From contig NC_043006.1 in the NCBI RefSeq assembly GCF_006345805.1, positions 66,216,001-66,280,000 of the forward strand: a DNA stretch of 64,000 nucleotides. Direction: 5' to 3'. The position numbers and the translations under genes are program-made. Of this stretch, positions 1-13,579 are shown in pieces. This DNA is from Octopus sinensis (taxonomy: Eukaryota). The notes beneath the pieces are model-generated. The model was not told the DNA's origin and did not search any database. It worked only from the letters and a program-made list of their open reading frames with translations. Position 1 is the stretch's first letter. Each line of letters starts with the position of its first letter.

Positions 1-34
1 CCCTCGTCGTTGTAACCGACGGAGTGCTTCCATC

Positions 35-117
<83 letters not shown>

Positions 118-158
118 CATTATCATCATCATCATCATCATTATCATCATCATCATCA

Positions 159-207
<49 letters not shown>

Positions 208-976
208 CCTCTTCTTTCAATTCTGTTTCCGTTTTTAGCCGAGTATCTTCCTGAGACTTATGCATTGGTAGGCTATTAAAATAAACACACCAGATTGTTC
301 ATTTACAAAATCATGTGTGAGAAAATAGAAAGGGAAGAAAGACAGGGAGAAAAGGAAAAAATAAAAGCATAAAAAGTAAAAAAGAAAATGAAGGAAAAAG
401 GGAAAAAATTCACAGCGATAATGCTCTTCTCAAGACGTTTGACGTACCAGCATGGACGGTAAGCCAGGGATCATCATATATATAAAAGCAAGTTGTCTAT
501 TTGTTTGTCTGTGTCAAGTTGTTGTCTACACCCGTTAACGAATTTTCGTGAAACTTTGCAAACATGCTAAAGTAACATCCAGTTTGTTACTAAGCTCATA
601 TAAGTTTAATAGGGCCCCTGGAAGGGATCCATATATATAACTATTAACAGCCAAGGGAAATAGCCCATTCCTTTTCCTAACCAAGGGAAATAACCCATTC
701 ATTTTCCTATGTCATTTGGTATAAATCAAATTGATTTAATTTGAACTGTTAGAGTTATTTTCGCAATTTATCCAGTACAACCCTTAAACAAGTAAACAAT
801 ATTTTCCTAAACAACAGATCCACTTATTTCGGTTAGTGACTTATTCACGAATGCACCATGAATGACGATGCCTTTCATGACACTTCGGCCAATTGACAAT
901 CGCTGCATGAAGAACCGTTCTGCTTTTAGTCAAATGCACTGTCATCACAAAAGTCACACCCTGTTTACATGTAGTA

Positions 977-1357
977 TGTGGAGGCGCAATGGCCCAGTGG
1001 TTAGGGCAGCGGACTCGCGGTCGTAGGATCGCGGTTTCGATTCCCAGACCGGGCGTTGTGGGTGTTTATTGAGCGAAACCACCTAAAGCTCCACGAGGCT
1101 CCGGTAGGGATGGTGGTGATCCCTGCTGTACTCTTTCACCACAATTTTCTCTCACTCTTACTTCCTGTTTCTGTTGTACCTGTATTTCAAGGGCCGGCCT
1201 TGTCACTCTCTGTGTCACGTTGAATATCCCCGAGAACTACATTAAGGGTACACGTGTCTGTGGAGCGCTCAGCCACTTACACGTTAATTTCACGAGCAGG
1301 CTGTTCCGTTGATCGGATCAACCGGAACCCTCGTCGTTGTAACCGACGGAGTGCTTC
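977..1357 (+). mobile_element. tRNA-derived SINE (family C), probable hybrid copy
   Basis: A box TGGCCCAGTGG, B box GGTTTCGATTCCC, 3' module ending GTAACCGACGGAGTGC, followed by (ATT)n. Confidence 0.9.
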
Positions 1358-1361
1358 CATC

Positions 1362-1418
<57 letters not shown>

Positions 1419-1459
1419 CATTATCATCATCATCATCATCATTATCATCATCATCATCA

Positions 1460-1511
<52 letters not shown>

Positions 1512-2282
1512 CCTCTTCTTTCAATTCTGTTTCCGTTTTTAGCCGAGTATCTTCCTGAGACTTATGCATTGGTAGGCTATTAAAATAAACACACCAGATT
1601 GTTCATTTACAAAATCATGTGTGAGAAAATAGAAAGGGAAGAAAGACAGGGAGAAAAGGAAAAAATAAAAGCATAAAAAAGTAAAAAAGAAAATGAAGGG
1701 AAAAAGGGAAAAAAATTCACAGCGATAATGCTCTTCTCAAGACGTTTGACGTACCAGCATGGACGGTAAGCCAGGGATCATCATATATATAAAAGCAAGT
1801 TGTCTATTTGTTTGTCTGTGTCAAGTTGTTGTCTACACCCGTTAACGAATTTTCGTGAAACTTTGCAAACATGCTAAAGTAACATCCAGTTTGTTACTAA
1901 GCTCATATAAGTTTAATAGGGCCCCTGGAAGGGATCCATATATATAACTATTAACAGCCAAGGGAAATAGCCCATTCCTTTTCCTAACCAAGGGAAATAA
2001 CCCATTCATTTTCCTATGTCATTTGGTATAAATCAAATTGATTTAATTTGAACTGTTAGAGTTATTTTCGCAATTTATCCAGTACAACCCTTAAACAAGT
2101 AAACAATATTTTCCTAAACAACAGATCCACTTATTTCGGTTAGTGACTATTCACGAATGCACCATGAATGACGATGCCTTTCATGACACTTCGGCCAATT
2201 GACAATCGCTGCATGAAGAACCGTTCTGCTTTTAGTCAAATGCACTGTCATCACAAAAGTCACACCCTGTTTACATGTAGTA

Positions 2283-2667
2283 TGTGGAGGCGCAATGGCC
2301 CAGTGGTTAGGGCAGCGGACTCGCGGTCGTAGGATCGCGGTTTCGATTCCCAGACCGGGCGTTGTGGGTGTTTATTGAGCGAAAACACCTAAAGCTCCAC
2401 GAGGCTCCGGTAGGGATGGTGGTGATCCCTGCTGTACTCTTTCACCACAATTTTCTCTCACTCTTACTTCCTGTTTCTGTTGTACCTGTATTTCAAAGGG
2501 CCGGCCTTGTCACTCTCTGTGTCACGCTGAATATCCCCGAGAACTACGTTAAGGGTACACGTGTCTGTGGAGTGCTCAGCCACTTACACGTTAATTTCAC
2601 GAGCAGGCTGTTCCGTTGATCGGATCAACCGGAACCCTCATCGTCGTAACCGACGGAGTGCTTCCAC
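2283..2667 (+). mobile_element. tRNA-derived SINE (family C) with 10-bp TSD, inserted in Helitron
   Basis: ACATGTAGTA at 2273-2282 and 2668-2677 flanks a full A/B-box SINE. Confidence 0.93.
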
Positions 2668-2699
2668 ACATGTAGTATAAGTTCTTAAAATCTGTCTGT

Positions 2700-4797
2700 A
2701 CATCTTGCATATTTCACGGAAGACAAAGCTCGAAACTTACTTCTGATCCACTAGAAACCACTTTGACGGATTTCTTCAAATTATTCCAATGTCGTCTATT
2801 TGCCCGAACACTGTCGTATGTAGAGGTCCCTATGTACTATACCTGGCTACACAATAGATGGAACAGACGCAATCAAGGAGCATGAGTTGAGGGCTGGGAA
2901 GAAGATACTGTATTCAGAAGTGGAGCCAGCGGGCGGGTGTACACTATGCATCCTAATCAGCAGGATTGTTTCTTTCTGCATCAACTGTTGCTCACTGTCA
3001 GAGGTTCTACATCATTCACAGCCTTTCGAAGACACAATTAGGAAGTCTGCACGACCTACATTAAGCTTGTGCCAAACATGGGACTACTGGAGGATGATGC
3101 TCACAGGGACCAGACACTGGAGGTAGCAGCCATCAGCAGAGCATTAAGTCAGCTGCGCCTGCTATTTTCTATCATGTTGATGACATATGGCTTGCGTGAA
3201 CCTCTCAAGCTTTGCGCGACCCAAAGGATTTAAAGGCAAAACTCAGCCGAAATTACCACACTCAATAACGCCATTTACAATAAGTCATTACTTGACCTGG
3301 ACACCTGAGTGCAAGCTATGGGAGGTCAAGGCAATTCCATATTTGGTCTGCCACAACCGGAGCAGGCAGTAAACAATCTCGCAATTGAGTACCTGCGAGA
3401 AATCAACAATGATATCGAGGAAATGACGGCGTATATAGCTGATAAAGAACACAAACTGATGGAAGACCAACTGGGTGTTTATAACACCATTATTTCGAGC
3501 ATTGAAAATGAAAGAGTGGGAGTAGGGGTGTCTTTTCTTTCTGGATGCTCCAGTGGAACTGGCAAAACATTTGTCATCAACCTTCTTCTCGCTAAACTGC
3601 GCCAAGTGAAGCATTTCCTTAGCAACAGCATCAAGTGGAATAGCTGCAACTCTGCTAAGTGGTGACTGCACAGCTCATTCCTGTTTCAAACTCTCTTTGG
3701 ACCTGTCCAAGAAAGAGAAGGCAAACTGCAACATCAGTCGTGGTTCTATAAAAGGCAAACTTCTGGGTGAATGCAGGCTGATCATCTGGGATGAAGCGAC
3801 AATGAGCCATAAGGTTTCCTTTGAAGCTCTTGACATGACCCTTCAGGATTTGAGACACAACACCAGGCTCACGGGAGGTGCCAGAGTTTTGCTTGCAGGA
3901 GACTTTAGAGAAACCCTTTCCGTGGTCACAAAGGGGACAAGAGCTGATGAGGCAAATGCCAGCATAAATTCGTCCTACCTATGGAGCAGTGTGCAGAAGC
4001 TAAGACTCACAACTAGCATGAAATTGCAGCTCAGTGGTGATGATGCAGACAGAACCTTTTCAAAGCAACTTTTGGACGTCGATAACGGCACTTCGGGTGG
4101 CGAGAAGGATGGCTGGGTAAGCTTGCTTTTGGACATATAGTATCTGATATAAAGGAACTAATGAATAAGGTATTTCCTAATCTGAGGAATCAGTTTACAG
4201 AAGACTTGTACCATGTTAGCTCCAAAGAATGTGGCAATTGATGATTTGAACTAAAAACTTCTGGAACAGTTGCTAGGTGAGTGTCACATCTACAATTCCA
4301 TTGACGCTGTACTCAACATCGATGAAGCTGTGAATTATCCACTTGAATTCTTGAATAGTCTAACACCACCCAGCCTCCTACTCACAACTTGTACCTTAAG
4401 ATTGGGGCACCAGTTATGCTGCTTAGAAACCTCGATCCTTATAATAAAGGAGAAGATGCCAACAGCCTTGTAGACAACAATTTTGACTATTAAAGCAAGC
4501 GGTGAGCCTGTATTCATTCCTAGAATTCCACTTATTCCCTCGGATATGCTTTTCCAGTACAAGCACCTACAATTCCCGTTGAAACTGAGTTTTGTAATTA
4601 GCATTAACAAGGCACAGGGGCAGTCCTTGGATGTGGTAGGTCTGAACCTTGCAGAACCAGTTTTCTCCCATGGCCTACTTTACGTGGGATGCTCAAGAGT
4701 CGGCAACCCTAATCATTTGTGTATTTATGCCCCACAAGGAAAGACCAAAAATATTGTTTGTCAAGAAGATACCTATTTAAAACAGATACCTATTTAA
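2700..4797 (+). pseudogene. Helitron RepHel C-terminal part / PIF1-like helicase, frameshifted
   Basis: Translated motifs TTLTDFFKL..FARTLSYVEVPMYYTW, VYTMHPNQQDCFF, GLLEDDAH, SGTGKTF (Walker A), IIWDEATM (Walker B), VLLAGDF, QFPLKLSFVISINKAQGQSL, FSHGLLYVGCSRV. Confidence 0.93.
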
Positions 4798-5234
4798 AAC
4801 AGCAATGTGTGATTAAGGAGAGAAATTTGACTGCTATTTCTAGTGTGTTAAGCGACCAGGACCCCGTAAAGGCTCCCTTGCTTGATTCGCAGCGGTGTTG
4901 GTTTACTGATGTGGTGTGAGTGGGAGAGTCGGTGAGAGGTAGGACATGTATGGGGAGGGGTAGAAGGAGGGAAGAGTAAGGTGATTATGTGGTGTGACTA
5001 ATTGGTTAGTGAAAAAGTGTAGATGGATGGGGAGAGAGGGGTGGAAGATGAGCTGTTGTTGTTTCTGTTCGGCCTTTGGAACATACCACCCTCATCTCAC
5101 CCTACTAGTCCCCACTACATCCCTAATAACTAGTTACTCGCATCCCCTCCATCCCCTTCTCTCATTCACCTCTCTCTGCAACTCTATCCCCAAATTATAC
5201 GTCGCACACATACACACATACATACATACATACA

Positions 5235-5268
<34 letters not shown>

Positions 5269-5511
5269 CATACATACATACATACATACAAACATACATA
5301 TATACATAAATACATACATACATATAGCTACGCACCCCTCTACACATACGTATACATACATGCACACATAGATACACCCACAAACATATACATAGATATA
5401 CCCACAAACATATGCACACACACATATGCGCATATGTATGCACATACACACACACGCACACATACATATATGGATACACACATACACACATATAAATATA
5501 CACAAGCAGAA

Positions 5512-5858
5512 ATTTTTTCTTTTACTTATTTCAGTCATTTGACTGCGGCCATGCTGGAGCACCGCCGTAAGCCGAACAAATCGCCCCCCCCCAGACTTAT
5601 TCATTGTAAGCCAAGTACTTATTCTAACGGCTCTTTTGCCGAGCCGCTAAGTTACGGGGACGTAAACACGCCAACATCGGTTGTCAAGCGATGGTGAGGG
5701 GACAAACACAGAAACACAAACACACACTCATAAACATATATATACGATTTTCTGCCTATAAAATCCTCTCACAAAGCTTTGGTCGGCTATAGTAGGAGAC
5801 ATTTACCCAAAGTGCCACTCAATGGGACTGAACCCGGAACCACACAGCCACTCCTGCG

Positions 5859-5862
<4 letters not shown>
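5512..5862 (-). mobile_element. SINE family A, internally deleted
   Basis: Reverse complement of head TAGGCGCAGGAGTGGCTGTGTGG..GGTTCAGTCCC and tail GCGGTGCTCCAGCATGGCCGCAGTCAAATGACTGAAA. Confidence 0.9.
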
Positions 5863-5904
<42 letters not shown>

Positions 5905-5907
<3 letters not shown>

Positions 5908-6323
5908 TTACGATTCAGTTGAATTAGGTATTTAAATTAAGGCACCTTGCTAGTTCGGTATAATCTGCACACCCCAACAATATCATTTGTATAGGGCTAT
6001 TTGTACCCAATATTTCTGTCGTGTATGTAGACAACGCAACCGATCTAAGTAATTCAAACATGTACTTTTATGAAGGTACTTTCTATAGTATTTCCGAAGT
6101 GCAGATTCCAAATTAGGTGAACAACCAGTCGCCATTCTTGATCGCTAAATCCACACGTTTTATTTTTCATTCTCTCTCTGTTTATTTTCTCTTATTTCTT
6201 TCTGTTGAAGAGCGTAGGCTCAAAACGTAAAAGACTTTCTCAGTTTCCCGAGCGTCAAACTAATATACCTGCTTGTTGTTCATACACCTGTCTTCGTCTT
6301 TTCTTTTTCTGTAAATTTCAACT
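5905..6323 (+). mobile_element. (TA)n-anchored non-autonomous Penelope-like element with hammerhead-like motif (6197-6234, G12 mutated)
   Basis: Homologous to copies at 18030, 19778-20720, 28170, 32590, 50641 and 51080; flanked by TA-type microsatellites. Confidence 0.75.
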
Positions 6324-6348
6324 ATGTATGTATGTATGTATTATATAT

Positions 6349-6847
6349 CAGCCTCTAATGACATGCATAAGATCTGGTCATCAAATCTAAGTAGAGACTT
6401 CAAACTTGAAATCTTCAAAGCCACAGTCGAACCAATTCTACTATATGGCTCAGAAACCTGGACGTTATCAAAGAAGCTTGAGAGGCGGTTGGATGGAACC
6501 TACACTCGCCTCCTTATGAGAGCTCAAAATCTTTCGTGGAATCGCCATCCAACCAAAATGCAAATATGTGGGAAACTACCACCTGTGTCATCTCTTGTGA
6601 AAGGTAGGAGAGTCCAGTTTGCTGGACATTGTTGTAGAGCTGAAAAAGAGGTAATTTCTACTCTTCTCCTCTGGAAGCCATCTACTCGCAATACTAGAGA
6701 GCGCACACTCTCCTACCCTAATGTAATCTCCAGGGATACAGGCATCCAGCAACAGGACCTCCGTAATGCCATGATGGACCGTGAAAAGTCTGGCGTAGCA
6801 TGGTAAATTCCATTGTCTCGACCACAGTCGAACAATGATGATGATGA
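6349..6847 (+). mobile_element. 5'-truncated RTE-clade LINE (RT C-terminal region)
   Basis: KLEIFKATVEPILLYGSETWTL...RRVQFAGHCCR...DLRNAMMDR; (GAT)n tail. Confidence 0.88.
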
Positions 6848-6848
6848 G

Positions 6849-6935
<87 letters not shown>

Positions 6936-6939
<4 letters not shown>

Positions 6940-7239
6940 AAGCGAGATAGGGGTTGTGAGTGTAACCCTCTATGGGATAACATATATCCAATGTATTGCC
7001 AGTAAAGCACCCAGAAATGCTAATACATAAATGCTAAGAATTGCAATGCAATTAATTCATTTATCGTATTATATGGGCGAAGGTAAAATGTTTTACCTCA
7101 AATTCATAATACAAAATAAGAAAATGGAGGAATATATTTTAATCAATCATCAACTACCAGATAATAAATTATGTGAATTAGTATTATCTGGTAGTTGATG
7201 ATTGATTAAAATATATTCCTCCATTTTCTTATTTTGTAT
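6936..7239. mobile_element. (TA)n-flanked repeat with terminal fold-back (arms 7109-7166 / 7182-7239)
   Basis: 58-bp perfect arms; homologous to 22890-23456 in reverse orientation. Confidence 0.85.
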
Positions 7240-7772
7240 ATATATATATATATATAGTGTAATAAATAAAATATATGCATACATACAAACATATATGTAC
7301 GTACCTACATCTACATGTATATATACATGCATATATAAATATATATACACGTGAGTACAGGACACCACAACTAGACGTAGAACTCAACGAGAAACGAAAA
7401 CGGAAAAACCATTTTTTTGCAACATATATATATGTATATATATATGTGTGTGTGTGTGTGTATATATATATATGGGTACAAGATGTCACCAACTGTGTAA
7501 TCAACATGAAGTACGAAAACAAACGAGTTAAATAAGCAAATAACGAGAGAAAAAATGGAAAACAGGACAAGTAACACAAAGAACAACTCTTCATTAGTTG
7601 TCGGCTGTCTATCTACTCATTTTGATCAGTCATACACATACATATACGCATACATATATAAAAATAAATGTATATATACACACACACACATACACGCACG
7701 TACACACATATGTTACATATACAATAGGCTTCCACACAGTTTCTATGTAACAAACATAGGAGATTTACGACA

Positions 7773-7974
7773 GCGAGCTGGCAGAGTCTGATGAAATGCT
7801 TAGCGCCATTTTTACTGGTGCTCTACGTTCAGAGTTCAAATTCCGCCGAGGTCAACTTTGCCTTTTCTTTCATCCTTATACAGTTGATAAAATAAAAATT
7901 CAATCAAGTTCTGGGGTCAATATAACAGACTTACTCTGTCTCCCAAAACTGTGGGCTTCGTGCTAAAATTTGAA
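7773..7974 (+). mobile_element. SINE family B (GCCTTTCATCCTTTCGGGGTCGATAAA-type central domain; recalled as Deu/Nin-like), degenerate
   Basis: GAGCTGGCAGA..AAATGCTTAGC..GAGTTCAAATTCCGCCGAGGTCAACTTTGCC; homologous copies at 21723-21935, 30335-30525, 34235-34555, 34690-34870, 35222-35478 and 62440-62570. Confidence 0.8.
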
Positions 7975-8305
7975 CCCAAAATACACAAGATCTTAATTGA
8001 GAGCTGCGATAAGTTTCATGCTCTGATAATATAAAAGTCGGACGAGTTTGTATAATGTGTCATGTAATATCCGGCAGTCAATGAACCGTGGTACAAAAAT
8101 AGTTGTGCTAGGGTAACGCATCACTGCCCTACACCGTTTTGAATATGTCCTTAAGCAGAACTGCCGTAATAGAATTTCTAGGCTCGCGAGCAAAACAACA
8201 GAGGGGGACCAACAAAATTTCTTAATTGACACCAAATTACAGATTAATCTTAGTTCTGTAGACCTGTGGCTTCTCGGGGCAACTGCCAGTAGTATTTCCG
8301 TCAGT

Positions 8306-8540
8306 TGAAGACGCGTAGCTTAGTAGTTAGGGTGTTATACTCATGACTGCAAGATTGTGGTTTCGATTCTCGGAGTGGGCGGTGCTTTATATTTTTGAGA
8401 AAAGTACTTCGTTTCCCGTTGCTCTACTCCACTCAATTGTAAATGAGTAATTCTGCGATGAACTCGTATCATATTTCCCATTCAAGGGAAATATTATGAC
8501 CAGCCTCGGTCACTTATCCGCAATGGAAACCGGGTAAGTT
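8306..8540 (+). mobile_element. Degenerate tRNA-headed SINE with CORE-like middle
   Basis: GCGTAGCTTAGTAGTTAGGG..GGTTTCGATTC..TTGCTCTACTCCACTCAATTGTAAATGAGTA; a similar copy lies at 32965-33230. Confidence 0.6.
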
Positions 8541-8789
8541 GTCGTATAATTCCTAGGGCTTGAGACAGTTATGTTCTGTAATGTTGTTATTGTTGTTGTA
8601 GTTGATGGTGATGATGATGATGATGATGAAGATTGATGATAATGATGATCATGATGATGATCATCACGACGAACAAATGGGTGTAGCTACGCTCAAATAA
8701 ATATACAAACATAGCTTACCGCGCCGTCACCACCACCACCACCACAACCACCACCATCAGCACAACGACCGCACCTTCACCACCATCAT

Positions 8790-8891
8790 CACCACCACCA
8801 CTACCACAGCCACCATGATCCCGACTACCACCCATATAACCACCACCACCACTACCACAGCCACCATGATCCCGACTACCACCCATATAAC
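8790..8891. repeat. 51-bp tandem dimer within (CAC)n low-complexity DNA
   Basis: Identical units at 8790-8840 and 8841-8891. Confidence 0.9.
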
Positions 8892-9066
8892 CACCACCAC
8901 CACTACAACCACCACTAACGCCACAACGATGACCACGTTCTTTTGGAACAAATACTACCACCACTACTGCAATTACTGCCACAACTGATACTAGAACTTG
9001 CACAGTATCACCACCAACAAAAGAACCCCCTACATTACTACTACCACTACCACCACCACCCCTACA

Positions 9067-9110
<44 letters not shown>

Positions 9111-9612
9111 GTTCTCACCCCCTCCCCCCGTCGCATCTCCTCGTGCTCGGCTCGATGACAACCATTTAGCGACATATTGTCTGCTTGTAACCTGATAGAA
9201 AGAGAGCGGTGGGGTGGGGAGGTGTAGTGAGAGGAGACTAGTGTGTCAGAAGAGGAGGGGGAGAAGGAGAGAGAGAGAGAGATGGAAGGTGAGGGAGAGG
9301 GAGGAGGAGTCATGTGACAGATGATGGTTGTGGTTGTTGTTGTTATTGCTGTTGTATTTTTTATCCCCAACGCAGTTCTGATCGAGCTATTCTCTGATCA
9401 AAGACAATCATTCTGTGACCATCACGCCATCTTCAATATATCGACGACTGCATTCTTCAATGCATTTTTCTTTGTGCCTTACTTTTATAAAACTGGTACA
9501 ATGTGTTCTGAGGAATTTTGGTTATTATTTCTAGCAGATTAACTTAATACGTATCGTTGTCTCATGGTAATGAAAGTAGTAGTGATGGTAGTGGTGGAGG
9601 TTAGCAGTAATT

Positions 9613-9660
<48 letters not shown>

Positions 9661-10083
9661 CCGCTGCAGTGGTGGCAGAGGCGACGGTGATGGTATTTCA
9701 AAAAGAGCTGCTTTCTGGCTGTTGGAATTATGGTCGCTCGGCATTGTAGGGATTAACGGATAATCTTGCCTCTCCTATTACAGAAACATTTCTCATGACA
9801 GACTAATTGGAAAAGGCGTTGCTGCCCCCGGAGGGTAGCGAGAGAGATGCGCTGGAACAACACTCTACCCACAGGGATCGCACTGGCGGACAGCAATCTC
9901 TGTCCCGATAGCGGTGAGCAGGGATATGGTCCGGGGCTCAAGAACTCCGTCGATGTCAAGTGTCACACCCTTAACCTAAAGTTGAAAACACTTGCCCAAG
10001 GTACTGCGCAGTGGAATTGAACTCAAAACTATGTGGTTGCGAAGCGAAGTTCTTATCCACACAGCCATGTTTGTTTGTACACA

Positions 10084-10185
<102 letters not shown>

Positions 10186-10319
10186 TAAGATGGAATGGTT
10201 ATGGTTGGAAAGTCTTTGATCATAGGTCAGTTGAATGTGAAAGAGACCGAGAGTTAAAAAACAACCGTGAAAGTTTGTCCGGTCTTGGCTCTCAATGAAA
10301 TTCACATTAATTCTCCGAG

Positions 10320-11130
10320 AAATTACAGAGTGCAAAAGAATAAGAAAGAAAAGTGAACGAAATGAAATATAAAAGGAAGGAGACAAATAAGATGAATAAA
10401 AAAAAGCAAAGAAAAATACGATTAACATCAGAATAGTATTGGGGAGAGAGAGAGAGAGGGAGAGGGAGAGAGAGAGAGAGAGAGAGAGAGCAATGGAGAG
10501 GGAGAGAAAGACAGAGAGAGAGAGAGAGATTTTGACAAACTGATTGGCAGACAGAAAGACAAAGTGAAAATGAAATGAAGAGAGAGAGAGGGGGGGAAGC
10601 GAGTCAAAGAAAGAGAAAGAGTCAAAGAAGAGGCGAGATAGAGGGAGGAAGAGAAGGCGGGTGTGATAGGAATATATAGATAAGATAGAGGTAGAGAGAA
10701 AGAGAGAGAGAAATGCAGAAGAATTAAAGAAATAGGTACAGAGAAAGATTAGAAATTGAAATAGATAAGAAAGAGAGAAAGAAAGAATGGAAGAAAGAAA
10801 GAAAGAAATGAAGCAATATAAAAAAAGAACGAAACAAGAGGAAAGAATGACAGACAAGTTAAGAGAGAAAGAACGAGAGAGAGAGAGAGAGGCAAAGAGA
10901 AGAAAATTTAAAATAAGAAAGAGAGAGGCAGACAGTAAACAAAAATAGCCAAAAACAAACAAACAAACAAACTGAGAAGTAACAAAGTGAGAGAGAAGGT
11001 GAAAAAAAAAACGGGAAGAAGAGAAAGAAAGGAGAGAAAAACAACGGTATGAAAGAAAGAGCAAGAGATAAAAACACTTTTCCAGCTAAAAGCAGACATA
11101 TTGGAAATGGTGGAAAATAGAAACAATTTT
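10320..11130. repeat. GA-rich low-complexity tract
   Basis: Purine-rich (GA)n/(GAAA)n; the 362-aa minus ORF is its Leu/Ser/Phe-rich translation. Confidence 0.9.
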
Positions 11131-11269
11131 GTCTTGTCATTTGATAAATGATTATCGAATCGTGTATACTTCGCTGTTATAAATACACTTAGATGTTGAT
11201 TATAACCAAAATATATATTTTTTACACTGGGCTGTTATTCTTGTTTCTCTGCGCGCTTTTACATTTATA

Positions 11270-11305
<36 letters not shown>

Positions 11306-11635
11306 TGTATGTATGTATGTATGTATGTATGTATGTATGTATTCGTATAGATGTGTGCGTAATTTTTTTAGAAAAAAACTTTTGTTACGTATATTTTCTG
11401 CTATTTTCATAACATTTTGATATCTCTGACGTTTTCAGGAGGGGGGGCGGGTTCTGATTTTGTATTTACTTAATTTTTTTTCTTTTTTACTTACATTCTT
11501 CTCTTGGGTCGAAAAAGAAAGAAACGAAACGATTCACATCGTACATGAAAACGCATACACGTGCACATAGACACATACATAAACACACAAAGATATATGT
11601 ATGTACGTATGTATGCATGTGTGTATATATGTGCA

Positions 11636-11721
<86 letters not shown>

Positions 11722-12192
11722 CTATGTGCTATCTACATATTTGTCCATCTACTACCCATTTATGTGTATATATACATACATGTGTGTGTGTGTATGTAAG
11801 TTCGTATGTATGTATATACATATATGTACATATACACATATGTGTGTCAGTGTGTGTATACATATACGCGCATACACTGATGATAAAAAAGACAGATAGT
11901 TACACACATCGATGCACACATACATTCATACACAGATACATACACACACATACATATATACGCACATTCTTTCATACATACGTACATAGATATATACATA
12001 CGTACATACAAACATGCATGCATAAATCACGGCGTTTTTTCTGCGATTTTCTTTCTGTCTACTTAAGTAGTGTCTATAAATGACAGGGTGTAGAAATTGC
12101 CCCCAAGGGAAGAAAAGGTCAGAAGAGGGATTTTTGCTCCCTAATCTTCGACTCTGTACTTAGTTAGGTGTATGGTGTGTGCGCGCGTGTGA

Positions 12193-12237
<45 letters not shown>

Positions 12238-12341
12238 CATACGCACACACATACAAACGTGTGAATTTGCTAATATATGCTTGGCAAATATCTATTCTGT
12301 TTTTGCGTGTGAATATCTGAGCATCTCCGAATATTTGCATG

Positions 12342-12399
<58 letters not shown>

Positions 12400-12496
12400 T
12401 ATATACGTGTGTGTGTGTGTGGTGGTGTATTTATATATATGTATATAAATACGTATATATATATATGTATAAGTATATATATATATATATATATAT

Positions 12497-12549
<53 letters not shown>

Positions 12550-12707
12550 TATACACACATATATATAATTTGAGATAAAGTTAGAAAATGAGGAGATTAA
12601 TAACAGTTACATCCGTGATATATATATATATATGTACTAAAGTATGAGTTATAACGATACACACACACACATTGTTATATGTATACACATTTATGTATGT
12701 ATATATT

Positions 12708-12775
<68 letters not shown>

Positions 12776-13185
12776 ATGCGTGTATATGTGTTGCCATATT
12801 TATTTATATATGCTTATGAATGTGTACGTGTGGTAACGACTGCGTGGGCGCGTGTGTAATCAGAGATTAAAAAGTAAATTGGATTGTCTCTAATCTGATG
12901 AGATGTGAAAACGGTATTAAAATATATGCATTATACACCCACCCCACCTACACGAACATATACGCACACACACACACACACAAGCACACACTTTCATTTG
13001 TGTGTATGCATATGTTTGTGTGAGTTTATGTGTAAGAGATTGGTATATGTGATTAATAATTTATTTTAGTATGTGCATAAATGTGTGTGGGAGTATATAT
13101 ATATATATATAAATTCATGCAACGTATATGAAATGCGTATATACGTATATATGTACTTATATGCATATACATACATGCACACATG

Positions 13186-13217
<32 letters not shown>

Positions 13218-13579
13218 TATATATTATATATATATATATATATATAATACCTATATACATTTACATCTGTTTGTACACACACACACATGCACACACATGT
13301 ACATTTATACAAGTGTTCGTGAACTTTCTAGGCCTTTCCAATTTGATCATATTGACACTGAAAGTGAAGATGCGGCAGTGATTTAAGAAGGAAAACGATT
13401 ACTTATGTAAGTGGAGTGATTTTCAAAGTGCTGCGTTCTGCACGAAAACGGTTTCGTCAGTAGACCATTCCGTGCTTGGAGAGTGAGGAACGTTACGGAT
13501 GTGGCGGAAGATGGAGACGCGGTTTCATTTTGAGAAATTACGCAGTAAAATCCCTCACGAAGCGTAATGGTGGCTATAT

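Larger units (their letters stand above)
1..2667. repeat. ~1.31-1.33 kb tandem duplication (SINE tail + (ATT/ATC)n + flank + Helitron 5' end + SINE); may extend left of the window
   Basis: CCCTCGTCG at 1 recurs at 1328 and CCCTCATCG at 2635; the non-microsatellite parts differ mostly by homopolymer indels. Confidence 0.95.
1778..4800 (+). mobile_element. Degraded, internally deleted Helitron (a second copy of the 5' end lies at 471-976)
   Basis: 5' A|TC-ATCATATATATAAAAG...TTTGTTTGTCTGT...GAAACTTTGCA resembles Helitron 5' termini; RepHel remnants downstream. No 3' hairpin-CTRR terminus found. Confidence 0.8.

Noticed and set aside
9760-9960. RWNNTLPTGIALADSNLCPDSGE, a faint L1/Tx1 zinc-knuckle-like stretch
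   Set aside because: Too short and degenerate to call.
12890-12922. TAAT-CTGATGA-GATGT-GAAAAC hammerhead look-alike
   Set aside because: No stem II and no properly placed NUH.
13330-13413. Plus-strand AG...GTAAGT exon-like segment
   Set aside because: Stops in all three frames; no supporting neighbours.
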